Shown piece by piece: positions 44,052-57,239 of a DNA stretch of 64,000 bases. Source of the stretch: Camelus ferus (taxonomy: Eukaryota); contig NC_045696.1 of NCBI RefSeq assembly GCF_009834535.1, forward strand, positions 102,860,001-102,924,000, given 5' to 3'. Below the pieces are notes generated by a model. The model saw only the letters and a list, made by a program, of their open reading frames with translations. It was not told the origin of the DNA and did not search any database. Positions within the stretch are counted from its first letter, which is position 1, and every line of letters begins with the position of its first letter. The position numbers and the translations under genes are program-made.

Positions 44052-47029
44052 CTAGACAGGAGGAAAGAAAATGAAGAAGGAGGAAATGCTGGTACTATCT
44101 GATTTTATTAAGCACACCGGAGATGGGCTGATGTCTTTAAAAATACTACCAGGTCATTTAATGTTTAAAGAGTCATAGTCAGAACTAATCATTTGACCCA
44201 GAACTTCTAATCTAGAAATTAGTCCAGGTTTTTTTTAAATAAATATTTACAAAACTATATGTACAAGGACATTCACTGCCACAGTATTTACAAACTTGGA
44301 AACAATTTAAATGCCTGGCACTAGAGGCTGTTAAATAAACTATCCATAGCATGGACTCCTGGGCCACCATAAGACATAATAAGGTAGATCTCTATGTACT
44401 GACATGAAAAGCTTTACATGACACATTATGTTTAAAAAAGCAAGTGGCAGAATACTGCATACAGTTTATTCTTTATCAAAAATATTTTCAAAATTCATAT
44501 TTAAATACCTCTGTGTGCTATGGGCTGTAAATAGCAATTTTACCTCTGGGCAGGAAAAAAAAAAGGAATATGGCAGGGGTAGGAAGGGATTATCATGTTT
44601 TACTTTGTTCTACATACTTACTTCCTGAAGCTTGTACAGTGAGAATCAGTTCCTGAATCACTTATGGATTATGACTTTTAAAACTTAAAAAAAAAATTAC
44701 ATAAAAATCACAACAGCTACTCAGTAGGAAGCTGTTCATGTTAAGTAGTGGAGGTTATGAGGAAGGAATTTATGAGCAAGTAGGAGTTCTTGTGAAGTAA
44801 GAACACTACTTCTTTGGATTCAGGAAAACATGTCCTCCTGAGGCGCTCAAGGTATGTCTACTGAGTATGTTTTCAATTCTATATGCCACGGACATAAAGC
44901 AGCAGCAACTCATTTTTAAACTGCCAGCTCAGTGATGAATTACGTGGCTTTTATCTCCCAACAGCTTACTCACTGAGTTATGTTTTGCTAATGGTTCATA
45001 GGAAAGTTACTTTGCATCTCTGAGCACACACCATATGGCCATGAAGGGGGCTGGGCCCTGTGCTGAGTGATGGAGGGAGAAAGTCTATTATGAAGGAAAT
45101 CAAGAGCTAAGTTATCTATAAGCACATGGAGAATTTTGTATGAAAAATCACTGAAGTAGCTGTATAGGTTCTGGAGTCTCATCTCTTTTATGAATTTTTC
45201 TTTTTACTTAAAAGGAATTCATTCTTATTTGTATGTAGTATGGTGTTATTAGTCATTGTTTGCGAATAAGGAAACTGAGGCCCAGAACTGAAATGATTTT
45301 CAGAGAATTCAAGATGTGTTCCAGAACCAGCTTGTCATAGAAAAAAATCTAGGACTAGTAGTTCTTAAAACATATTTAATAACTTGTTGAGAGGAGAGAA
45401 TTTTCAGTTAAAATCAATCTATTCTAGTGCTTTGCTTTGGTTTGGGTTTGGTTTGGTATCTGTAGGTAGGGAGAGAAAATCACTTACAGGTGGGTTTAGG
45501 AATATAAACACACAAACACATAGTTCTGGTGCCAACTAGACCTCTGGCTACTGTTTTTCTATATTCCGATGGTTCTTTTTAAGGTGATGTTACTTTTGAG
45601 AATCTTCTGAATTCCCTTTGCCTCTCAAAAAATTACATATGCCCAGAAGCCCTGTGCTGGCAGCTCAGAATCTGTATAACTATAAACAATCTTTAGCTTA
45701 AAAGTTTGGTCAATTCTTCTCCACCGTCAACCACAGAGAACTCTAGTGTTCCTGGCATTTATGAAGTTACCATGAAGTTTCAACAAATCTTAATCCCCTG
45801 GTCTTATATTTTACTTCTTAATTAAAAAAAGAAAATAAATGCTCATTGTAAAACAAAAAACATATTTAAGTTACTAAGATTAAAAATAAAAGTCTCATTA
45901 CCCTCCTTTCCAGGTTGTATACAGTTTGGGATTCATCCCTCCAGATTTTTAAAATATTCATATACAAATATATATAGACTCAATTTTAAAATAAAAATGA
46001 GATCATAGTAGTCCTATTATTATTTTTGTCTCAATTATATATTACAAACATTCTTTCAGATTAGTCCCTAAAGATCTAACCCCTCTTTTCCCTCCAGCAT
46101 TTGAGTCCTTTACTTCCCTGCTACTGTAGCAGAAGTTCCAGTCTAAATGACATAAACTTACTCTTGTCATCTGGCTGGAATTTACACACTCCTGTTAAAA
46201 ATTTTATCAAATTCAAGTCTATCACATCAAAGCTAGTTACCACAGTAAGGCAATACTGGTTTTAAAGACTATTTTGAATATACACCAAGAAGCAGAAATT
46301 AGTGCATCATAAATCCTCAGTTAGCCAATGAACTTGGTCTTTTATGGCACTTATCTGCAGCTCATAGTGAAATAATAATTTAGTGTTCATTAAGGAATTT
46401 CTTTGGTGTGTAAATTATTAATAGGTTTAGTTAATTACACCTTTTTCCTAAAAATATATACAATTAGCTGAAGTTGAGTTCTTCTGCATTTTTTAAGGCA
46501 TGCTGGTAGATCCTATAATAAAGAGAGAAAGGAGGTTTCCTCTCATCTGCACCTAGAAAGACACATTGTTAACACTACCAGAGAGCACAGGAAATGATTT
46601 GGTAAAGTATTTTCTCGGTCCTACCAATGTTGACAATGTGTTGTCATTTTTAAAAAAGAAAGAATAAAATAAATTACAAGTACTCAGGGAAACCAAGTTA
46701 TTTCTACAAATTAGAAAAAATATGCAGAACAAATTGTGGGACAATTGAAGTTTCTGGCAAAAATAAATAGGATGTGAATTATAATGAAAAATACTGATAA
46801 AATGATAAGAGCAATTTATAAAATATTGTTCTAATCTGTTGAAGTAGAAATTATTATTTTCTTGATTAGTAATTATAAAAAAGCAAGATGGATTATCTTT
46901 ACTAAAGTTTTTTTAGATCATCAAAAATTATAACTAATATTATCACAGTCCTACCTTTTTAAATAATACTCTTTTTCCCCCTTTGGGCAGTTTATGGGCA
47001 ACTTAACCTTATGGTGCTGTGGCTTAGAT

Positions 47030-47625
47030 TTTTATTATTTATTTATTTATTTATTTATTTTTGTTTATTTATTTTTTGTATACATATTTTGTTGTTGTTG
47101 TTGAAGTATAGTCAGTTTAAAATGCTGTATCAATTTCTGGTGTACACCATAATGCTTCAGTCATACATGAACATACATATATTTGTTTTCATATTCTTTT
47201 TCACCATAAGTAACTACAAGATATTGAATATAGTTCCCTATGCTATACAGTATGAACTTGTTGTTTATCTATTATATATATATATATATATATTAGTTAG
47301 TATCTGCAACTCTCAAACTCTAAATTTATCCCTTCCCACCTGCTTCCCCCTACCAGTAACCATAAGTTTGTTTTCTATGTCTGTGAGTCTGTTTCTGTTT
47401 TGTAAATAAGTCGTTTGTCTTTTTTTTAAATTCCACCTGTAAATGATACCATATGGTATTTTTCTTTCTCTGTCTGACTTACATCATTTACAGTGACAAT
47501 CTCCAGGTCTATCCATGTTGCTGCAAATGGCATTATTTTATTATTTTTATGGCTGAGTAGTATTCCATTGTATAAATATACCACAACTTCTTTATTGAGT
47601 TATCTATCGATGGACAAATACTTTT
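47030..47625 (-). mobile_element. Cetartiodactyl-type L1 3' end (about 600 bp)
   Basis: Reverse complement of the same 3' UTR as at 19.2 kb, plus the ORF2 tail (atccatgttgctgcaaatggcattatt...ggctgagtagtattccattg) and a (TTTA)n tail. Confidence 0.85.
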
Positions 47626-47784
47626 CTTTTAAAATCCACTGTATGGCTAATTCCCATTATTCTGAAACTCTAAATGACGGCTAAAATTCTTGAGATTTTT
47701 AGAAAATGTTCTCATGTAAACATACGTACAGTTTGAAACAAAGTTGGACCCTGGCCATAAAGCTGAAACACATAAAATATTTAC

Positions 47785-47863
47785 CTGTACAAATGATTAA
47801 TATATGGGTTGACTCCCAAGGAATTCATCCAGTTCCGAAATGTCCTCTCTTCCTTGCTCTCTC
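47785..47863 (-). CDS. PLS1: PLS1 exon 11 (79 nt; (G)[25 protein letters not shown](S))
   Basis: Manual translation. Acceptor tctag|GA, donor AG|gtaaat. Confidence 0.96.
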
Positions 47864-50800
47864 CTAGAGTAGAAATAAGTTCACACTGATGATTCAGGAC
47901 AAAAGGAATCAAGAACTATATTTTAAGCCATTCTGACAGGTATAGACTGGCCATACATACCGTGGATCCTGTGATACTATATATAGTCTTTTTAGGGGGG
48001 AAAAAAACTTCTTATTGCCAAAGTCCTTTTTCTCCCTGTCTAGAAAGCCTCCATTTGCTTTCTAAATTTCTCCATCTAGAATCCCTTACTTGATGCCTGT
48101 TAATTACTGAGCCATGGGGTTTCTCTGTTCAGAAAAGTAACAGATAAACTTCTTTAAGAGTCATATCTGCATATGATTCTATGCAAAAGGACTGGCTAAA
48201 AATCAATAAAGCACAGTCTTTTAGCAGTCAGAGTAGCATTAGCACATTAAACAGAAATAGAAAAGTGGTACCTTTCCCAATGCAGTGTCTCTAAATTTGT
48301 ACAGATGATGATTTTACACAGGAAAGTTTCTGAGCACACAAACCTACATTTTAATGATGCCAAACAGCAATGAAGGGGAGAAGGGATTACAGGTAACATA
48401 AAAACAAGCAATGAGGGGACATAACTATTTTACAGGCTTCCTGAGTTATTTTAGATGGTCACTACTGAAAATACATACAGGGCACGGCCCCCATACAGAG
48501 TGTTATGAAAAAGACACATTTCATCATAGTAAGTCACCAGACCTCAAAGATCACCTCAAGGAGAAACTATTGCAGGCACTATTATTTAACCTGTGGTACC
48601 CACCCTTCCCAAGCATTCCCTTCATAGCTGTGCTCATCCCATCTATAAGGACAATGTGGCTATCGTGTGCTGCCAAGTGGGCAGAGAGAGATGTGGGCTC
48701 TCTTTGCCACGACTGCTTTCCAGTCATCCCTTGGCCTGCAGATAGTCCTAAGTGACTCTCTGTAATATTATTATTTGTTTTTCAGCAAAGTTAGGAGTGG
48801 AATGGCCTTGCCCATATCTAATCACCATACTCTTGAAAAATTGAAACATTTATACCTCATCACTTCTAGGCCACTGCAAAGGCCAGGTCACTGTCTAGAC
48901 TTTAGCTTATGTGGGATCCCCAGGGTAATTTGGCACATAAATCTGTAAACCACCTGAGCTCCAGGGGTCCATTCCCATGGAGCCATCCCTCAGTCATCTT
49001 CAGACTGAGTGCCACAGATAGTGTCAACCTGCACGCCCAGAACAGAAATCCAAACCTTGTAAAACCTGAAAGATTCGGTTTTTTGTGCCAACTGTTCAGG
49101 AAATAATCTGCCCACTGTGTTTTCATGTGGTTTTCAATGCCATTACTGAAAGGCTTTCTCAGAATCTGCTTTAATTCTTGCTCTATTCAATTATATATCC
49201 ATATAATTTCTTGCTTAAATTTTGCTCCCTCTGGTCCGCATAAAAGCTAACTGACCAGTCTGTTGTATCTGCTCCTACCATTTTATAATATATAACTGAT
49301 ATGAGAAACTTTTTGAAAAGAACAAGATAAACTCCTGGAACCCATGTTTGCCTTGTTTTAGGAGTTATTAAATAGGTGCAAATTAAACATCTGAACTTTC
49401 CTGGAAGTGACAAAAATATAACCATACTATGATCAAAAGCTCGATGCATGTGACTTGGGTTTACCTTTTAGTTGTTTCTCTATTATATAATTTTCTTCTA
49501 GTAATTAGAGAATTTTTACATTATTTCTATCTAGGAAAATCCAAATTCTGTTTTAAAATTACAAACGTTGATAATGTAACAACAGTTTAACTTTTACTTA
49601 AAATAATATCCAATTTCTGCTGAAACTGATGATATATGAATAGTATTTTAAAAGACACTAAACCTGTATTTTGATTGAGTTCTGAAACTATTATAAACTT
49701 CAGCATTTTGTATTTCTTCCTGTTGTTCTAAACTAATTATATCATTAATTTTTGACACCTGGAAAGTAAAATAGATTTCATAAGTGAGCATTTATTTATC
49801 TAATACCGTTTCAAGTTGTCTTGGTAAATAAATGCTCAAAGCCAGAAGCACTATGCATTTGTGCAAAAGCCATGGTAAAGCATTATAAAAACATATGTAT
49901 TCCAGATTGGAAATGTCTGGATGTCAGACAACTAAAGCAATCTTAGAAGTAAACTCTTAATTGCTGATATAAAGAGAGAAAGAACTATAAAACATTTTCA
50001 TTTTGGGGGCCAAACTGATACTGCAATTGATAAAAGTTTCAGAAAGAATGGCAAATATATTAAAAGTAGGCTACCAAGAAGAAATAAAAGGAATTAATGT
50101 ATACTGAACACTCACTACACGTGCTAAGCGATGTGCTAAATGTTTTCCTCTTCCCCACCTGACCATCCATCAGTAAGCACATACTGTATGCTAAACTCAT
50201 TCGTTCATGAAAGGTCATTTTAATTTGCTCTGTAATTTTTCAGAGTAAGTATTATAAGTCCTGTTTTATATATGAGAAAACCAAGACTCCCAAAGGTCAC
50301 TCAGTTACTAAATGATGGCATCATGATTTGGACAAAGTCTAATTCCATGGCCTATGTATTTTCTATCACCACAAATGAATTCTGAGATGGTCTCCCTATA
50401 CGTAGCCCACATGTTTGGCTCAATTTAATATGAAGATTTAATATTTAATTGGGCTTTTAATTTTCTTTAATTCTATACAGATAAAATTCTTTGCCAGTGA
50501 GGACATACTAATATATGAATATAGGATGTGATAAAATCAAGCTTCAAATTTCATAAGGATCTACAAAAACAAATCTACAGAGGAAAAAACTCCAATGACA
50601 GTCAAAGTAAAATTCACTTTTGGCAGATGTATCAGGACATACATATGTTCTAAATAAAGATAATTGATAAATATTTCCCACAGTACCTTTTATACAAATA
50701 AAGTAAATACTAATGGAAATATTTAGCAATCCTATTCACACTGAAAAATTCCAAAAGCATGCTAAACACTAGCAAAAGAATTCAAACGTGACAAATAGGA

Positions 50801-52384
50801 GAGCGAGCAAGTTGGAAAAGATATCTAGCAAGAATTCAGTGACTATAAAAAGCAGGTCATTTTTAATATGCCACTCTAAACAATGCCTTCTACCGTAAGA
50901 CACAGGGATTTTGAAATTTTCCAGGCTGATAAAAACCTAGCAGTTTTTTTTTTAATTTAATTTTTTAAAAGTTCCAATCTCTCACCCTAAATTTCTTTGC
51001 TGAAAAACCAACATTTTTTTAAAATCTATCTTATAGTTATAAAGTGACAAGGACCTTGGAACTGTGGTTGTGGCTGTCAAGGAGAAAATGATGATGAAAC
51101 TGATTGCTCACTCTGTCTCACTGGGGAAGGGAGTAAGGTGGGTGATGTGAGAAGGAACATGCAGTATCAAGTTCTCCCCACCAAGAATAATCCCCACCTG
51201 AGGACTGTCCTCTCCAAACCAAGGTGACTAACGAGAATATGTTAGGAGTGGCCCCTGCCTCTGACAACTGCCACCAGTTTTTACTTTTAGTTCTGATACT
51301 AATGTGGGTTTTGGTATGGATGTGAGGGAGAGTGTGAGAATAGAAGAAAAGGAGGAGTCAGACAAGGAGAAAGGACTACATATTGAGGATGTTTTTGTCA
51401 TTATGACAATTTCATATATCGTAAGCTTCGATGACATTTACTAAATGTAACATGGCTAAATAATACAGAATGATCTATGTTATAGAACCTAATAGATACT
51501 TTCAGAGATTACTTGTGATAAAAGGTAAGTTTGTTTATGCACAGCAGAGGGATAAAGGTTTTACATCAAATCATGGAATCCAATTGTCAAAACTGATTTC
51601 TAATGTGTTTACAGCTACAATATCCCATCATTATAGAAGGCAAATTAGGCAGAGGGTTTATATAATCAAGTCTTGCCCTGATATTCTAATTAAGTTTTAT
51701 TTGTTTCTTGCTTTGTCATCATTCATTCTTTAGGCATATTAAGACAGAAAAAAACACAACATAAACAGTGCAAAAAATAAATATCAACCCAGATAGAAAG
51801 AATAAATGGTACTAATAAAAACATTCAGATGAGTATATATAGAGTATAGAAAAGTACTAAATACAGTACCTACATTAGGAGGGGTCAAATCTGCATTTCA
51901 TGAAGCAAAATAGGAAAGTATTATAAATTATGAGACAGATAACAATAGCCCACACACAAGACAAGTAATGAATATTATAAGTTTTTCCATGTACACTAAA
52001 AACATTAAAAGGAGAAAAATATTGGAGTCAAACTGTAGGTTTCAATGGAGGAAAAAAGCTACAAATAATTATCTTTTTCCAATAGGTAATATTCATTGTC
52101 CGTATTGGTGGTGGAATTATGTTATGTGGTCATTTAAGAGAATATTTTAAACGTGTGACAGTTTTCATTAAACCCTTATGGAGAAATGACAGACAGGTAA
52201 GATTTAACTCAGCATTCTCTGTTAACCAAAATGAAAAATGGCTTTAACGTGAACTTTTCAATGGATGTACATGTCTACACTCAGTAAACTGCATCTCCCA
52301 CCACAGTCTCCTACCTCTGACAGTGAAGTAGGACAAGACCACAAGACACTTAGAGTGAATCAATGAAAGACAGAAAGAGCATAC

Positions 52385-52580
52385 CTTCCAACAAATTCAT
52401 ATCGATGTCATTATTATCAGGCTTCTGTAGGCTTGGGTATGTGTTAAACAGATTAGCTACAAAGGCTAAATTAAGTTTAGGATTGCCTGAAACCACATCT
52501 GCAGGAGTGACAAACTGTCTGCAGCCCAGCTTATCTGCTTGTTGAAGCATGAATTCAGCCCGCTTCAAGTCATTTTTCTC
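52385..52580 (-). CDS. PLS1: PLS1 exon 10 (196 nt; [65 protein letters not shown](G))
   Basis: Overlaps ORF 52350..52568. Acceptor tttag|GAG, donor G|gtatgc. Confidence 0.97.
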
Positions 52581-53400
52581 CTAAACAGTGAAATAAAATG
52601 AAAATGGTCAAGGTTAAACTTTTGATTGGCATTTTTTAGAAACACATATTTATAAGCAATTACTTTTCTGGAAGAATATCAAAAAATGGCTCAAAACAGG
52701 GTCAGAAAGTGTAGGAATTCCGAATCAACTTCCCCATGTCTTTTAAATCAGTGAGAACAATTCTCTGAGTTTTCTTGCTGTGATTAGAGGAATATTTCAC
52801 CCTCCTTGCTGAAGTCCTCAACAAAACTTTCAAATACTAAATCAGTAAGCTCCTGCTGGCTGAATTATAGGTAACCTGTCCAAGGCCATATATTAGAGTA
52901 CCTTCTGGCTAAGAGGCCTAATTGTATCACCCATTCTACTCTGATATTTCCAGCAGACTCTTCTTTCAATGAAAAACAAGTTGGGACACATGTACAAAAT
53001 ATTAAGGTCAGAAGGAACAGCACTTTTCACAACTGCAAAACCCTGGAAACAAACCAAATGCTTATCAACAAGAGAACAGATGAAAACTGTGCAACTGTGT
53101 AATATTCCCACAAAGACATCTAACAATATGAGTGACTTCTAGTAACATAATATGTTCAAAGAAAAGTACTAGAAATGTAAGTACAACATGAGAAATTTTA
53201 TATGAAGTTAAGAAGTTAAATAAAAAATTTTAATTCTGTAAGAAATATATTTGGTTGAAAGAAAACTATTTAAAAAGAAAAGCAACTATATAAAATGAGC
53301 ATAAGATCCAAGATGGTGATGATCACATTAAAGTCGGGCAGCGAGATGGGATAAGGAAGAACAGCTAAATGTAAACTGATGTCAAAGTCTTAGCTTTCTT

Positions 53401-53510
53401 GGAGCGGAGGGTATAGCTCAGTGGTAGAGCACATGCTCGGTGTACAGGAGGTCCTGGGTTCAATCCCCAGGGCCTCGACTAAGGGGGAAAAAATAAAAAA
53501 AGAAAGAAAG
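53401..53510 (+). mobile_element. tRNA-derived SINE (Vic-1/VicSINE-like)
   Basis: A box TAGCTCAGTGG, B box GGTTCAATCCC and A-rich tail. Degenerate TSD aagtctt...ttctt at 53385-53400 and 53511-53526. Confidence 0.9.
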
Positions 53511-53729
53511 AAGTCTTCGTGTTCTTGTTGGATTGAGGGTTCACATGAGCTGGTTACAATTTCAATACAAACGACTAACAAAAAAAAAAAATAAAAAAAG
53601 GGATATGCATGAACTCATGATGAGAGTATATCATGACCAGGTATTATGACTTACTTAATTCTGTGCACCAGTGTTGTAAGTAAAATGTAAATGAAATCAG
53701 AGGAAGCAATAGGTTCAGTGCTATTAAAC

Positions 53730-54165
53730 AGCAATAAAAAGCTCCTCAGGTAGATGTGAACAAATCACAATATGTGGGCCTTATTCAGATCTTCATTCAA
53801 ATAAATTATAACAAGAAAATCTGACATTTATGAGGCAATTGGAAATGTCAACATTGATTAGTCATTTTGATGATTTTATAAATTATTGTTAACTTTTTGG
53901 TATGATAAGGTATTATGGTTATATTTTAAAGAGTATTTACCTTTTAGAAATACATACTGAGATGCTTATTGATGTAATGATATGATGTCTAGGATTTGTT
54001 TCAAAATAATATGGAAGAGGAAGGAAATAAGTGGACGAGAAATGAAGGAAAAATACTGACCATGAGTTGATAGTTGGTGAATCTGGGGGATGAACACATG
54101 GTAGGTAGTTCACAATACTGAGTCTGTTCACTTTTGAATATGTTTGAAATTTTCCTTAAGTTTTT
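53730..54165 (+). mobile_element. Old L1M (MC/ME-type) 3' fragment
   Basis: cttttagaaatacatactga...tgatatgatgtctaggatttgtttcaaaataat...tgtttgaaattttcc motifs. Confidence 0.6.
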
Positions 54166-54874
54166 TTAAGTTCCTGATTTTTTGACTCAAACTAATTTGC
54201 AAATTTTGCAATAGATATTTCAGATGTTTTATTATAATAATGTGAAGTATAATCAATTAGTGATGTCTCAAGTTGCCTTTAAAACTAAATATTATGTATA
54301 TTCACTTTAAGTACTTCATAGATTTTCATACAAACTATAATCTGACCAGATTTTAACGTTTAGATAGAACCATCCCTGGTATTTACAACTTACACTGAAA
54401 GAATGGGCTTCTTAGGAAATGTGTTAGATAGGTCAGGATTTGTATCAGTCCTTCTTCCACCATGAATACTAGGATTTGCCATCTTTTATTTTGTGTATTG
54501 CCAAATATAAGTTGGAAAAACTGCTCATCAGTTCCTTAGAAATCTAGTAATATCCTGTTGCTCCATTTCCTGGTGCACAGTGACAGCCACAAAAGCACCC
54601 TGGTGAGTTCCAGTGATGTTGCACCAGGGAAATGCGAGTGTAGGGTTGATTCCATACACACTCAAGGTCAGAATTCTGCAATTCCCTTTCTTCAGGCATG
54701 ACAGCCAGGTAGCTTAGCATGGAAATTTGGAGCCTAGGGCATGAAGGATTAAAAAAAAAAAAAAAAAAAAAAAACTTCTAGAAAGCAAAGAGCCACGCTT
54801 TAACGAAGGGCTCAGGGCTCCACCAGGGAATGCTGCTTGGAGAGTGCTGTACTCTAAATATGACTGCACTGGCT

Positions 54875-55128
54875 AGTCAAATTCATAGAGATGCAAAGTA
54901 GAACAGTGGTTACCAGGAGCTTGGGAGAGAGAAGAATGGGGAGTTGTTTAATGGGTTCAGATTCACTATGCAATGAGGAAAAACTTCTGGAGAGGGATAG
55001 TGGTGATGACTGCACATAAAGCAAATGTACTTAATGCCACTGAACTGTACGCTTAAAAATGGTTAAAATGGTAAATTTTATGTTATGTAAAAAATTTTAC
55101 AAAAATTTTTTAAAGTTTAATTAAAAAC
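54875..55128 (+). mobile_element. L1MB-like 3' UTR fragment abutting the PLS1 exon 9 donor
   Basis: gtcaaattcatagag...tacttaatgccactgaactgtacgcttaaaaatggttaaaatggtaaattttatgttatgt. Confidence 0.8.
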
Positions 55129-55137
55129 TATACTGAC

Positions 55138-55233
55138 GTTAAATCCCGAAAGGTCGATGGCAATAGCACGTCCATCATCCCGGTCACCTTTAGGTGCAAT
55201 CTGATTAAGCAGATGAAAATACGCTCTTGAATC
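55138..55233 (-). CDS. PLS1: PLS1 exon 9 (96 nt; [32 protein letters not shown])
   Basis: Manual translation. Acceptor ttaaag|GAT, donor AAC|gtcagt. Confidence 0.95.
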
Positions 55234-56055
55234 CTTTAAGAAAAGAAATGAAATGGAATTTTAAAAATGAATAAAATCATCACTAGATATAGGAAAAAAG
55301 TAGTCAAACTGAAGAAACTTCCCCCATCTCAAAGAATGGACTAAGAACTTAGTAACCTTTACTTATTACTTATAGGTTCCTGAGCGCACGATGCTGTCTC
55401 ACACTTCAGAGCATCTAGCAATCCTGTTTCCGACACCTGGAACGGCCTTCCTCACCTTTTTCATTTGTTTACACTCTTAAGCATCAGCATCAGTTAAGAT
55501 TAGGGTCCAGTTTCCTTGATGAGTCCCTTCCAGTAAGGAGGGAAGTGTTTCAAGCTACTTTGGTTCACAGACATACCTGAAGACCTCCTTTTGTCTATGT
55601 TCCCTGTGCCTTCAGATATTTTGGTTTCCTATTAACTGCTTATTGGCAAAGTGGGAGTAAGAGCATTAAACTGGTCAAGCCCACAAGGGCCTCTAGTCCA
55701 GCCAACAGATGTCATTCTCAGTCCAAATGCATAGACTGACATCCTCATTATCATTTAGTCTCCCTGGGGCACATCAAATGGGAAAGAATGCTTTAATCTG
55801 CTAATGCTAGCACCTCTTTCCTCTCACAACCAGCTGTATTTCTTATAAAAAGCCAATAAACCAGTTTTTTTTATTTAGTAAAAGATTTTCTGATTATAAT
55901 CTGGGGATCCACATCAGACAGATAAACGCAAAATTTCATTTTCTATACTGTGTCCCTGTGAATTAAATTTCAAATTTAAGTCTGAAACCCTTTTTCTTTT
56001 TTATACACTCCACATCCTTATTTTATGGCATGAATCTGAACATTAAAATGTAAAC

Positions 56056-56198
56056 CTTAATGTCTTGGCTGAAGTTGCTGATGGTACGCCACCCTGCATT
56101 GGTCAGATGGTAGTTCACCCACCGCAGCAGTAATTCCTCTGGAGAAAGCTTCATCAGCTCTTCCAGGTCCTCGCCTTCATTTAGCAGTGCAATCAGGG
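56056..56198 (-). CDS. PLS1: PLS1 exon 8 (143 nt; (A)[47 protein letters not shown])
   Basis: Manual translation. Acceptor cctcag|CC, donor AAG|gtttac. Confidence 0.96.
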
Positions 56199-56279
56199 CT
56201 GAGGGGGAAATAATGAAATATAAATTCTCCTCATAGTAAGACTATGTCAATGGAAAGCAAATATTTTTGACTCTCTTAC

Positions 56280-56445
56280 CTTCGTTCCTAGAAATCTCAA
56301 TATCAGCAAAAAGACCCACTTTGATGATCTGCCAGAGAAGTCCCAAGACCAAGTGAGGTTTTCCTTCTTTGAGATCCTGGGCACCAATGTTGACCACGGT
56401 ACAACCAATGGCGGAGGCGGAATTCAGGGCTAGGTTTAAATTTTC
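56280..56445 (-). CDS. PLS1: PLS1 exon 7 (166 nt; [55 protein letters not shown](A))
   Basis: Within ORF 56242..56457; actinin-type actin-binding signature. Acceptor ttcag|GAA, donor G|gtaaga. Confidence 0.97.
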
Positions 56446-56574
56446 CTGAATTGCCACAGAGGAAAATGCGCGTGAGGAAGTACTTTCTAAACCCTTATCA
56501 ACAAGTTGTGAAGGTAAAGAAGAAACAATGGATGGTGAACTTCCTCATTTATTTTTAACATAAGTAATACTGAT

Positions 56575-57235
56575 ACCACCTCTATATGCCAGTGATTTCC
56601 AAATCTCTAGGCCACGCACCCTCCCAGACCCCAGTCTAAACTCTACACATAGATATGCACTGGATTATGCCCACCTAAATGTTGCACAAGCACCTCAAAC
56701 TCAACATGTCCAAACTGAAGCAATTCTCAGGCCATGCCTCCCTCGTCTTCCTCTAATTCCCTGTTAAAATGGGCTTTTCCTTTATTTCCCATCTTGGTTG
56801 ACAGGACCAACCTTCATTCTTGCCTTCTTTCTCCTGAAGTCAGAAACCTGAGCAAAATCCTTGTTCTTCCTTGCCTCCTATGTGACCAATTTCTGTCAAT
56901 CCACCCTTCTAAATACCTCTGGAAACTGTCAGTGCCTTTCTTCAAGTTTCTTAGTTCCTTCCTAGCCCCCATTCTTCAACTTAACACTCTACAATCCATC
57001 TTCCACGACACCCTGCTGTTGGTGACCATAGTACAATATGAACCTGATGGTGTTCCCTAGCTTTAAAATCCTTCAAATTAGTCCCTGTCATTCCTACTAT
57101 GTCTTCTCACTCACTCTGTTCCAGCTACATAGAGACTTCGAACTCTGCCTGCAACACACTTTCCCCAGATATCCACAATTCCTTTAGGACTGCTCAACTG
57201 CAACTAATGGCTTTCCCCGATTATCCTACACAAAA
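56575..57235 (+). mobile_element. L2 LINE fragment
   Basis: gcacctcaaactcaacatgtccaaactgaa, ctttaaaatccttcaa, ctcactctgttccagctac. Confidence 0.6.
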
Positions 57236-57239
57236 TAGC

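Noticed and set aside
47011..47409. 132-aa hydrophobic ORF
   Set aside because: Antisense reading of an L1 3' UTR and (TTTA)n tail; the hydrophobicity is a T-richness artefact.
53401..53480. tRNA-like sequence with A and B boxes
   Set aside because: It has an A-rich tail, a TSD and three paralogues in the window, and no proper acceptor stem. It is a SINE, not a tRNA gene.
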